Below are positions 40,530 through 49,082 of a DNA stretch of 64,000 nucleotides, in pieces. A program made the translations under genes and the position numbers. Below the pieces are notes generated by a model. That model was not told where the DNA came from. It ran no database searches and saw only the letters and a list, made by a program, of their open reading frames with translations. Every line of letters begins with the position of its first letter. Position 1 is the first letter of the stretch. This stretch comes from Rhodospirillaceae bacterium (GTDB lineage: Bacteria > Pseudomonadota > Alphaproteobacteria > Kiloniellales > DSM-21159). The stretch spans positions 1,869,430 through 1,933,429 of the forward strand of contig CP030885.1 of the NCBI GenBank assembly GCA_006969625.1, in the 5' to 3' direction.

Positions 40530-41375
40530 TCAACTCTGTGGCGGTGCAGGTGGCCGGCCGCCACAGTTCCGAGCAATCTCTTCCTGTAGTCGGTCTATGG
40601 CTGCCCGAGCTTCAGCGATCTCGGCATTCAGGCTTTCGATCTCGTCTGTGAGATCACGCCGTTCCTTCTGAAGCCTCTGCAGCCTCTCGGAGCTCTGCAC
40701 GATTTCGGGGTCAATCGGGCTGGGGGCACTCGGATTCCTGCGCCCCGCGTTCGCATGCTCCTTTAGCGCGCGCCGAAGCTCACGCATGCCGCGATGGACC
40801 GAGGTTGCTAGGAACCCGAGGGGGTGACGCCTGATCAACCACATGCCGAGTTCTATGGTTAACTCGATTGTAGCCTTCGTAGCCGCTTGCTGACGCTCCT
40901 TCTCCCAAAGCTGCGAAATCTTCTCTTCTAACGCTGTGATTCGTCCTTGAAGATCTTGTAGCGCTTCGGGCAGGCCTTTCTTCTTCTCCAGCGCCGTCTC
41001 GTATTCGCCCTCGCGCACGCGGAGTTCGTGCCGCAGGGCGCGGCATTTCGCAGCTCGGTCCGGCCCGTCCGGATGCTGGTCGCCGGGCGGCTTCGGCTTG
41101 ACGCCGCCGGAGTCAGGTTCTTCCGGTTCCTCGGGCTCCTCTGGCGTTGGCGTCGGCGTTGGCTCCGGCTCCGGCGGCGTGTCGGCGTCCCGGTCGGGCG
41201 CCTGGAGGGGCAGGCCGGCGGCTTGGGCGAGGCTGCGCAGGGTCGGGCCGTCGGGAGTGACGAGTCCGTCGACCGTCAGGCCGTGCGCCTGCTGGAAGGC
41301 GCGGATGGCGGCGTCGAGGGCCTCGGTGACCTGCCCGCTCGGCTCGTGCGGCGGCTGCCAGTGGTACCAGCCGGT
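40530..41375 (-). pseudogene. orphan B module B2': 5'-truncated B copy (partial PG-binding segment + linker + class I variant C-module)
   Basis: Homology to B1 starts abruptly at GTGWYHWQPPHEPSGQV. The frame is open up to a TAA at 41475-41477, but there is no ATG/GTG/TTG until GTG 41018 (VREGEYE...). The N-terminal 180 codons and the RBS of full-length B are absent. Confidence 0.7.
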
Positions 41376-41435
41376 GCCGGCCCGCAGGCTCTTCGAGCCT
41401 GCATCCGTGAAAGGTTTGGGACCGCGCGAACGCGG
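41376..41435. repeat. 60-nt double-hairpin element at the 5' breakpoint of orphan B2' (duplicate at 46242..46301)
   Basis: GCAGGCTC-TTC-GAGCCTGC (41384-41402) and GGGACCGCG-CGAA-CGCGGTCCC (41418-41439). B-like sequence (CCTTCTGCAG..) resumes briefly on the far side, so this looks like an insertion into B coding sequence. Confidence 0.6.
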
Positions 41436-41518
41436 TCCCCCGCCTTCTGCAGCCCGAGCAGGACGCGGCGTGCTTTAGTGGCGGCGCTGGCTAGGGGCTG
41501 GCGCGCTGCGGGCGGGCC

Positions 41519-41554
41519 CTGGCGGGGCGGCGGCGAAGCGCCTAGTCTGGTGGC
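41519..41554 (+). promoter_or_regulatory. conserved A-gene upstream architecture CTGGCG-N18-TAGTCT-N6-ATG
   Basis: Read directly from the sequence. A duplicate lies at 46385..46420 upstream of A5. Confidence 0.4.
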
Positions 41555-42646
41555 ATGCGCTGCCAAGTCGCCCTGTTGCTGTGCGTGTGTCTCGCGCTGG
41601 TGCTCGCGCCGGTGCCGGCGCAGGCGGCGCCGATGCAGGAGCGGGGCGCAGGGCAGGACGCCGAGGCGCCGCCCGCGTGGGATTGGCCGCCCGGCCCGAG
41701 CGTGATCTTCGATCCGACGACCGGCGAGACCCTGCGCATGCCGGACGAGCTGCGCGGCCTGCCACCGGAAGAGGTGTATGCGTTTTCCGAGGAGCTGCGC
41801 GCCGAAGGCGACGAGCGGCGAGCGGATACGCTCTTCGCCTTCGCCGGCTACATGGGATACCCTTTCGCGGCCGAGTGGCTGGCGCGTTTGGCTTTCGGTG
41901 AAGACTGGCCGGACGACCCGTCCCGCGTCTTCTACTTCGCCCATCTGGCGACCGAGCGTACCAACATGGCGAGGCGTGCCCACTTCTGGCTGGCGCTTGC
42001 CGGCGGCCATCCGGACATCGGCCTGGCGCCGGAGCAGCTCGAGATCTGGACCTTGGCGGCGGCGGCGGCCATGACGCGGAGTGACCAAGAGCTGTCTCAC
42101 CTCGAGCGCCGCCTCGAGCTGTTGCGCAGCGCACTTGGAGATTACTCCGAGTTGTTGGCGCCCACGGAGAGCGCCGCGCGAGACCTGCGGGCCAGTTTCG
42201 ACGCTGGACCGCACGCGCTTCTGGAGACGTACGCGCCCATCTGCGAAGGGCCTGACCTGCCCGGCCGTGACGTATTCTGTGCCGACATTTTTCTCTTCTT
42301 CCATGGCGACGATCCAAGGGCGATGCGACTGGGGAGCTTTGCGCTTTCGAACTTGGATCTTCGGTTCGAGCAATGGTTCCGCATCAGCAAAGCGCAGCGC
42401 CTGCTCTGTAAGCTGGCCTTGGAGGGTGACTCCGAGGCTGCGTATCGCCTCGGGATCCTGTTCCCCCATCATCAGTCCGCTAGCGGTCCGCAATCTCTCG
42501 ACGTCGCCGTGCTCCTTGCCCGTGCCGCACCTAGACTGCCAGCCGCAGCACCCTTGCTCGAAAACCTGATGGCCGACATGAGCGCGCGCGATAGGAGGCA
42601 AGTCGCGGTCTTGGCCGATGTCGATCGACCCCCGATCCGGTGTTAG
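41555..42646 (+). CDS. array protein A3: secreted helical protein, class II
   Basis: 363 aa. Signal MRCQVALLLCVCLALVLAPVPAQA. The first 100 or so aa are identical to A5 apart from one substitution, then the sequence is homologous but diverged. Motifs YAPICEGPDLPGRDVFC, RLLCKLALEGD, and a C-terminal Cys. Confidence 0.75.
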   Translation: MRCQVALLLCVCLALVLAPVPAQAAPMQERGAGQDAEAPPAWDWPPGPSVIFDPTTGETLRMPDELRGLPPEEVYAFSEELRAEGDERRADTLFAFAGYMGYPFAAEWLARLAFGEDWPDDPSRVFYFAHLATERTNMARRAHFWLALAGGHPDIGLAPEQLEIWTLAAAAAMTRSDQELSHLERRLELLRSALGDYSELLAPTESAARDLRASFDAGPHALLETYAPICEGPDLPGRDVFCADIFLFFHGDDPRAMRLGSFALSNLDLRFEQWFRISKAQRLLCKLALEGDSEAAYRLGILFPHHQSASGPQSLDVAVLLARAAPRLPAAAPLLENLMADMSARDRRQVAVLADVDRPPIRC

Positions 42647-42710
42647 CTGTCTCGAAATCCGGCCCACGCGCCGTGCACGCGACCGCAGGGTTAGCTAAGC
42701 GCACGGCCGG

Positions 42711-44148
42711 CTACGCGCAGTGCCGGCGGATCAGCTCTTCCAGCGCCTCGATGCGCGCCGTCACCTCTGCCTTCCACGCTCGCTCGCGCTCCACCTCGTC
42801 CATGAGCCGAGCCTCCTCGGCCTTTGCCTCCAGATAGGCGTCCCAGAGGGCCCGCAGGTCGCCCGACGCCGCGAGGAGCTCCGGGTCCGGATCCGGCAAG
42901 TCGGGGCTTCCGCGGGGCCGGTCGGGCGCCTCCCGATCATCGCGCCGATCCCGCCTGTCGCGGTCGCCTCCGCCGGGTCGGCTGCGACCCCGGCCGTAGC
43001 GCCAGGACAAACCTTCCAGAATCCATTCTCCTACTTCCTCTGCCAAGTCTTTAAGCATAGAGTCTCGCCGCTTTTCTTGTACCTCTTTCAGTGTTTCTCG
43101 ATATTCCACGACGATATCTGATATTTTCCTCCCTTGTTCGATCAGCGCTTTGTCGAGGCGCTGGATTTCCTCCTCGGCCACCTCGAGCACGATGCGCAGG
43201 CGGGCGAGATCGCGGCGCGACTGCGCGCACTTGGCCGCGTCGGGGTCGTCCGGCGTGTCGGGGTCGTCCGGCGTGTCGGGCTCCTCCGGCTCCTCGGGCG
43301 GCGTTGGCGTCGGCTCCGGCGTCGGCTCCGGCGTCGGCTCCGGGGCCGGCGTCGGCTCCGGCTCCGGCTCCGGCGGCGTGTCGGCGTCCCGGTCGGGCGC
43401 CTGGAGGGGCAGGCCGGCGGCTTGGGCGAGGCTGCGCAGGGTCGGGCCGTCGGGAGTGACGAGTCCGTCGACCGTCAGGCCGTGCGCCTGCTGGAAGGCG
43501 CGGATGGCGGCGTCGAGGGCCGCGGTGACCTGCCCGCTCGGCTCGTGCGGCGGCTGCCAGTGGTACCAGCCGGTCCCCGCCAGGGCCTTCTGCAGGCCGA
43601 CCACGTCGCGCCGGGCGTTGCCGGGGGTGTTGACGGGAGCGTTGCCGGGGCGCCGGGAGCCGGCCGCCTGCGGCGCGGCGCCGCCGGTCGAAACGCTGCG
43701 GCCGACGGGCCCGCGCGGGTGCAGGTCCTGCGGCTTCGGCTTGGGCGCGAACCAGTCGAGCCCGCGGCGGCCCTCGGCGTACTCGGGCTTGGGCGCGGTC
43801 TCGCGCTGCCGGCCGGTGGCGTCGCGCTGGACCTTGCCGCTGCCGTAGACCTGGGCGTACTGGCGCCGGACGTGCTGAAAATAATCCTCGTCCAGGAGCG
43901 AGTTGCTCTGCAACTCGCTCCAGAACGTCGATTCTCGACCGAGGTCACTCGGTCCGGTCCTGCCAGTACAGCGGGTCGGCCACCAGGCCGCTCAGCGCCT
44001 GCTCGATCGGCGCCGGCTCCTCGGGCCGCCGCCGGCGGCGCCTTGCGGCGCGCGGGGCATAGGGATCGTAAGGGTCGCCGGTCGGATCGCCGGTCGGATC
44101 GCCACTGGAATCGGGGGTGAGGGGAGAACGGAAGCTGCCGCGGGCCAT
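42711..44148 (-). pseudogene. array protein B3 (class II C-module), reading frame split by a 62-nt insertion
   Basis: The N-terminal fragment 43945..44148 (MARGSFRSPLTPDSS...LYWQDRTE*) and the C-terminal ORF 42711..43913 lie in different frames. Alignment with B1/B5 shows an extra segment between ..AATAATCCTCGTCC and GGTCCTGCCAGTAC.. . The C-fragment could still be expressed from its internal ATG (MQSNSLLDEDYFQ). Confidence 0.7.
43894..43955. repeat. 62-nt double-hairpin insertion (MITE/REP-like) interrupting B3
   Basis: GGAGCGAGTTGC-TCT-GCAACTCGCTCC (43895-43921) and GACCGAG-GTCA-CTCGGTC (43937-43954). Absent from the equivalent position of B1 (about 39085) and B5 (about 48720). The net +61 nt causes a frameshift. 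Confidence 0.75.
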
Positions 44149-44330
44149 GGTCCTGCTCCGGGTCGGTGGCACAGAGGGAAGCGACCATAGCAAGAACACT
44201 CATCCAAGAGAAGAACAAAAAGGCATCAACTTGCGCGGCGGGAATCCGGCCGTCGGCGGCAGTTGGCCGGTGGTGTCGCGCGTGCGCTTGTCGTCTGGCA
44301 GAGCATGGCGCTGCGACCTATAGTGGCGGC

Positions 44331-45374
44331 ATGCTTCGCACGCTCGCCCGGAGCCTGGCACCGTTGATCGCGGCCGTGTGGCTGGCCGCGGACCTTGGCG
44401 TGCCCGCGCAGGCCGAGCAAACCACGCCGCAGCCCGAGCCGCCGCGCGACCAAGTGGTGCCGGAGGGGATCGAGGGGCTGACGGCCGAGGAGATTGCTGA
44501 GTTAGCGATCGAGGCGGCACAGGCCGGGGACACCGAGCGCTATCTCGAACTCCTGGCGGCAGCGGCCTACGCTGGCGATGCACACTCCGCACGTCAGATG
44601 GCGCGCTTGGCATATGGGCGCCAGTGGCCGGGCTGGCCAGAGACGGCGCTTCGCTACGTCCGACCTATTGCCGATGGTGCTGTTCTGAAGGCTGAATCCT
44701 TCTATTGGTTGGGATTCGCCGGGGAGAACGCCATCCCGTCTCTGCCCGAGGAACAAACCGATCTCTGGTACCGGATCGCCGCTTGGCACATGGCGAACAG
44801 CTACGGGGACAGCCGTGCCGACCTGCAAGTGCTTCTCGACCATTATGGAGAGGACTGGCTGAGCGGCGGCGAGGTTTCGTGGCGGTTTCGCGAGCTGGTG
44901 GGCGAAGCCTACGCGTTTCAGGCCAAGAGCGGGTCCTGGTTCTACGAGCAAGCTCTCAGCTATTGCAGCATGGCCCTCGAGCATGCAGGGATCCTCTGCC
45001 TGGACTATTTGGAGGTTGCGGCGCGAAAGGACCACCCGCGCGCGCAGTTCGACTTCGCTTGGCAGGTGTTGAACGCCTCGCCGGAGACAGCGTCGGAATC
45101 ACGTCGGGCATGGGCGATGTCGCTCTTGTGTTTGAGCGGACAAAGCGGGGTCCGTGAAGCCACCATCCTGCTGGCCCGAAAGATCGTCGAGAACGATCTC
45201 GGAGAAGGCCACTTCCGACCGCAAGCCTACTATCAGATTGGATTGATCGAGGAGCGAAATGAAGAGCTGGAGGAGCTTTTTCTGGAAATCGATAAGCGAT
45301 TAAGTCACAATGAGCGATGGCAGTTGGAATACTCATATAAAAACGCCTTTCCCATTTCATGCTCACATCGCTGA
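44331..45374 (+). CDS. array protein A4 (identical to A2), class I
   Basis: The translation is identical to 39465..40508. Confidence 0.75.
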   Translation: MLRTLARSLAPLIAAVWLAADLGVPAQAEQTTPQPEPPRDQVVPEGIEGLTAEEIAELAIEAAQAGDTERYLELLAAAAYAGDAHSARQMARLAYGRQWPGWPETALRYVRPIADGAVLKAESFYWLGFAGENAIPSLPEEQTDLWYRIAAWHMANSYGDSRADLQVLLDHYGEDWLSGGEVSWRFRELVGEAYAFQAKSGSWFYEQALSYCSMALEHAGILCLDYLEVAARKDHPRAQFDFAWQVLNASPETASESRRAWAMSLLCLSGQSGVREATILLARKIVENDLGEGHFRPQAYYQIGLIEERNEELEELFLEIDKRLSHNERWQLEYSYKNAFPISCSHR

Positions 45375-45395
45375 CGCTGGACCGATGGCCTGCGC

Positions 45396-46241
45396 TCAAC
45401 TCTGTGGCGGTGCAGGTGGCCGGCCGCCACAGTTCCGAGCAATCTCTTCCTGTAGTCGGTCTATGGCTGCCCGAGCTTCAGCGATCTCGGCATTCAGGCT
45501 TTCGATCTCGTCTGTGAGATCACGCCGTTCCTTCTGAAGCCTCTGCAGCCTCTCGGAGCTCTGCACGATTTCGGGGTCAATCGGGCTGGGGGCACTCGGA
45601 TTCCTGCGCCCCGCGTTCGCATGCTCCTTTAGCGCGCGCCGAAGCTCACGCATGCCGCGATGGACCGAGGTTGCTAGGAACCCGAGGGGGTGACGCCTGA
45701 TCAACCACATGCCGAGTTCTATGGTTAACTCGATTGTAGCCTTCGTAGCCGCTTGCTGACGCTCCTTCTCCCAAAGCTGCGAAATCTTCTCTTCTAACGC
45801 TGTGATTCGTCCTTGAAGATCTTGTAGCGCTTCGGGCAGGCCTTTCTTCTTCTCCAGCGCCGTCTCGTATTCGCCCTCGCGCACGCGGAGTTCGTGCCGC
45901 AGGGCGCGGCATTTCGCAGCTCGGTCCGGCCCGTCCGGATGCTGGTCGCCGGGCGGCTTCGGCTTGACGCCGCCGGAGTCAGGTTCTTCCGGTTCCTCGG
46001 GCTCCTCTGGCGTTGGCGTCGGCGTTGGCTCCGGCTCCGGCGGCGTGTCGGCGTCCCGGTCGGGCGCCTGGAGGGGCAGGCCGGCGGCTTGGGCGAGGCT
46101 GCGCAGGGTCGGGCCGTCGGGCGTGACGAGTCCGTCGACCGTCAGGCCGTGCGCCTGCTGGAAGGCGCGGATGGCGGCGTCGAGGGCCTCGGTGACCTGC
46201 CCGCTCGGCTCGTGCGGCGGCTGCCAGTGGTACCAGCCGGT
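45396..46241 (-). pseudogene. orphan B module B4' (identical to B2')
   Basis: The ORF 45396..45884 translation is identical to 40530..41018. The upstream in-frame B-like sequence lacks a start codon, as in B2'. Confidence 0.7.
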
Positions 46242-46420
46242 GCCGGCCCGCAGGCTCTTCGAGCCTGCATCCGTGAAAGGTTTGGGACCGCGCGAACGCG
46301 GTCCCCCGCCTTCTGCAGCCCGAGCAGGACGCGGCGTGCTTTAGTGGCGGCGCTGGCTAGGGGCTGGCGCGCTGCGGGCGGGCCCTGGCGGGGCGGCGGC
46401 GAAGCGCCTAGTCTGGTGGC

Positions 46421-47512
46421 ATGCGCTGCCAAGTCGCCCTGTTGCTGTGCGTGTGTCTCGCGCTGGTGCTCGCGCCGGTGCCGGCGCAGGCGGCGCCGAT
46501 GCAGGAGCGGGGCGCAGGGCAGGACGCCGAGGAGCCGCCCGCGTGGGATTGGCCGCCCGGCCCGAGCGTGATCTTCGATCCGACGACCGGCGAGACCCTG
46601 CGCATGCCGGACGAGCTGCGCGGCCTGCCACCGGAAGAGGTGTATGCGTTTTCCGAGGAGCTGCGCGCCGAAGGCGACGAGCGGCGAGCGGATACGCTCT
46701 TCGCCTTCGCCGGCTACATGGGGTATCCGCCCGCTGCGTCAAACCTGGCGCGTTTGGCTTTCGGTGAAGATTGGCCGGACGACCCGTCGCGCGTCTTCTA
46801 CCTCGCCCATCTGGCGACCGAGCGCAGCACGCTACCCAGCTCTGCCTATTTTTGGCTCGCGATTGCCGGCGCCCATCCCAAGATCGCTCTCGGACCGGAG
46901 CAAATCGAGATCTGGACGCTCGTCACCGCTGCCTCCATGGCGTATCCAGATCAGGAGCCGGCGTTTCTCGATGAAGCGCTCGGTCGTCTGAGCCGGTGGC
47001 TCGGCAACTACACCGAGCTGCTGCGCCCGGTTGAGATGACAACTCGGCGCCTGCAGGCCAAGTTCGACGAAGGTTCAGCGGCGCTCGTGGACGCCTATGC
47101 GCCCGTCTGCGAGGGGCCCGACCTGCCCGGCCGGGACGTGTTCTGCGCCAACGTTTTCCTATTCGATCACGGTGACGATCCGAAAGCGATGCGCTTCGGC
47201 AGTTTCGCGCTCTCGAACCTCGATTTGCGCTTCGTTGCCTGGTACCGGATCAATGCAGCGCAAAGGCTACTTTGCAACCTGGCGAATGGCGGCGATATCG
47301 AGGCTCTGCGGCGGTTGGCACGGCTGTACCAATATCATCAGCCGGCCAGTCGGCCGCATCCGAGAGATGTTGCCGTCCTGTTTACCCGCGCCGCACCGAC
47401 CATGCCGAGCGTTGCCTCAGCGCTCGAGAAGCTGCTGGCAGACATGAGCGCGGAAGACCGGACCCAGGTGGAAGCTCTGGCAGCGACCGACGGATTGCCG
47501 CCGAGGTGCTAA
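46421..47512 (+). CDS. array protein A5: secreted helical protein, class II
   Basis: 363 aa. Shares the signal peptide and first 100 or so residues with A3 (one substitution, A/E), then diverges while staying collinear (YAPVCEGPDLPGRDVFC, RLLCNLANGGD, C-terminal Cys). Confidence 0.75.
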   Translation: MRCQVALLLCVCLALVLAPVPAQAAPMQERGAGQDAEEPPAWDWPPGPSVIFDPTTGETLRMPDELRGLPPEEVYAFSEELRAEGDERRADTLFAFAGYMGYPPAASNLARLAFGEDWPDDPSRVFYLAHLATERSTLPSSAYFWLAIAGAHPKIALGPEQIEIWTLVTAASMAYPDQEPAFLDEALGRLSRWLGNYTELLRPVEMTTRRLQAKFDEGSAALVDAYAPVCEGPDLPGRDVFCANVFLFDHGDDPKAMRFGSFALSNLDLRFVAWYRINAAQRLLCNLANGGDIEALRRLARLYQYHQPASRPHPRDVAVLFTRAAPTMPSVASALEKLLADMSAEDRTQVEALAATDGLPPRC

Positions 47513-47564
47513 CCGAGCCTTCGCCGCCGATTGACCTGATCGACGGAGTAAGCGGTGTGGTGGA

Positions 47565-48917
47565 TTAGGTACACTGCTCGCGGATCAGTTTCTCCAAAGC
47601 GTCGATACGCCTTACGATGTTGCTCTTTCTCCGCCTTTCGCTCTCCAGCTCGCGAGCGAGCTTCGCGTGCTCCGCTTTCGCTTCCCGGTAATCGTCCCAT
47701 AAGCCCCGCAGCTTGATCGAAGCTTCGAGGAGTTCCGGGTCCGGCTCTGGCAAATCGGGCACATCCTCGGTGTCGCCCCGGCGCTTGCCGTCGTTGCGTT
47801 CGTCTGGAGACCTGGTGTCTCTGGGGCGGCGGCGCCCGATTTTCAATCTTTGGAGAAAAAGCCCGAGCGCATACTCTGCAGCATCTTCGAGGATAGATCC
47901 TTTAGCCTTTTCGACTGCGTCATTGTAAGCAATTTGGAATTCTTCTGCTTTGTCCCATACGGTTTCCGCCTGCTCTGCTTGCATGGATTCGAGGCGCTGG
48001 ATTTCCTCCTCGGCCACCTCGAGCACGATGCGCAGGCGGGCGAGATCGCGGCGCGACTGCGCGCACTTGGCCGCGTCGGGGTCGTCCGGCACGTCGGGGT
48101 CGTCCGGCGTGTCGGGCTCCTCCCGCTCCTCGGGCGGCGTTGGCGTCGGCTCCGCGTCTGGCTTTGGCTCCGGGTTCGGCGTTGGCGTCGGCGTTGGCTC
48201 CGGCTCCGGCGGCGTGTCGGCGTCCCGGTCGGGCGCCTGGAGTGGCAGGCCGGCGGCTTGGGCGAGGCTGCGCAGGGTCGGGCCGTCGGGCGTGACGAGT
48301 CCGTCGACCGTCAGGCCGTGCGCCTGCTGGAAGGCGCGGATGGCGGCGTCGAGGGCTTCGGTGACCTGCCCGCTCGGCTCGTGCGGCGGCTGCCAGTGGT
48401 ACCAGCCGGTCCCCGCCAGGGCCTTCTGCAGGCCGACCACGTCGCGCCGGGCGTTGCCGGGGGTGTTGACGGGAGCGTTGCCGGGGCGCCGGGAGCCGGC
48501 CGCCTGCGGCGCGGCGCCGCCGGTCGAAACGCTGCGGCCGACGGGCCCGCGCGGGTGCAGGTCCTGGGGCTTCGGCTCGGGCGCGAACCAGTCGAGCCCG
48601 CGGCGGCCCTCGGCGTACTCGGGCTTGGGCGCGGTCTCGCGCTGCCGGCCGGTAGCGTCCCGCTGGACCTTGCCGCTGCCGTAAACCTGGGCGTACTGGC
48701 GCCGGACGTACTGAAAATAATCCTCGTCCTGGTCCTGCCAGTACAGCGGGTCGGCCACCAGGCCGCTCAGCGCCCGCTCGATCGGCGCCGGTTCCTCGGG
48801 CCGCCGCCGGCGCCGTGCGGCGCGCGGGGCATAGGGATCGTAGGGATCGTCGGGATCGCCGCGCGAACGGCCACTGGAATCGGGGGCGAGGGGAGATCGA
48901 AAGCTGCCGCGGGCCAT
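47565..48917 (-). CDS. array protein B5: full-length, class II variable C-module
   Basis: MARGSFRSP start at 48917 with the same GGAG context. The N-terminal 260 or so aa are nearly identical to B1. The C-module shares AAKCAQSRRDLARLRIVLEVAEEEIQRL with B3, then diverges. Ends ..LIREQCT. Confidence 0.75.
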   Translation of the reverse strand: MARGSFRSPLAPDSSGRSRGDPDDPYDPYAPRAARRRRRPEEPAPIERALSGLVADPLYWQDQDEDYFQYVRRQYAQVYGSGKVQRDATGRQRETAPKPEYAEGRRGLDWFAPEPKPQDLHPRGPVGRSVSTGGAAPQAAGSRRPGNAPVNTPGNARRDVVGLQKALAGTGWYHWQPPHEPSGQVTEALDAAIRAFQQAHGLTVDGLVTPDGPTLRSLAQAAGLPLQAPDRDADTPPEPEPTPTPTPNPEPKPDAEPTPTPPEEREEPDTPDDPDVPDDPDAAKCAQSRRDLARLRIVLEVAEEEIQRLESMQAEQAETVWDKAEEFQIAYNDAVEKAKGSILEDAAEYALGLFLQRLKIGRRRPRDTRSPDERNDGKRRGDTEDVPDLPEPDPELLEASIKLRGLWDDYREAKAEHAKLARELESERRRKSNIVRRIDALEKLIREQCT

Positions 48918-49082
48918 GGTCCTGCTCCGGGTCGGTGGCACAGAGGGCATGGACCATAGCAAGAACATTTGCCCGAGAGAAGAACAAAAAGTGTATATTC
49001 AGGCATTGCCGCCGATGCCTTGCGGCACGCCGGCCGGCGTCCGACACTGTCGCTCCCGCTGGCGGTGCAGGAGGCGAGGCCA

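Larger units (their letters stand above)
39317..41856. repeat. 2.54-kb near-identical direct repeat, copy 1 (partner at 44183..46722, offset 4866 bp)
   Basis: ORF translations in several frames are identical between copies (for example 39334..39747 = 44200..44613 and 40530..41018 = 45396..45884). I could find only two substitutions (41256 A/C, 41667 C/A). Confidence 0.9.
44183..46722. repeat. 2.54-kb near-identical direct repeat, copy 2
   Basis: See copy 1. Contains the B/A divergent region, A4, orphan B4', the hairpin element and the first 100 or so codons of A5. Confidence 0.9.

Noticed and set aside
36853-48917. Assigning a specific toxin activity (nuclease, pore-former, peptidoglycan hydrolase) to the B C-modules, or calling A an immunity protein in the feature table.
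   Set aside because: No catalytic motif is visible and the modules look like plain coiled-coil hairpins. The effector/immunity idea rests only on locus organisation, so it is kept as a hypothesis in the findings.
36803-49082. Whether the array is a classical mobile genetic island (integrase, transposase, tRNA target, flanking direct repeats) or a prophage remnant.
   Set aside because: I could recognise no integrase, transposase, phage gene or tRNA gene in or next to the segment. Only internal paralogous repeats are present. Horizontal origin is not excluded, but there is no direct evidence for a mobile element.
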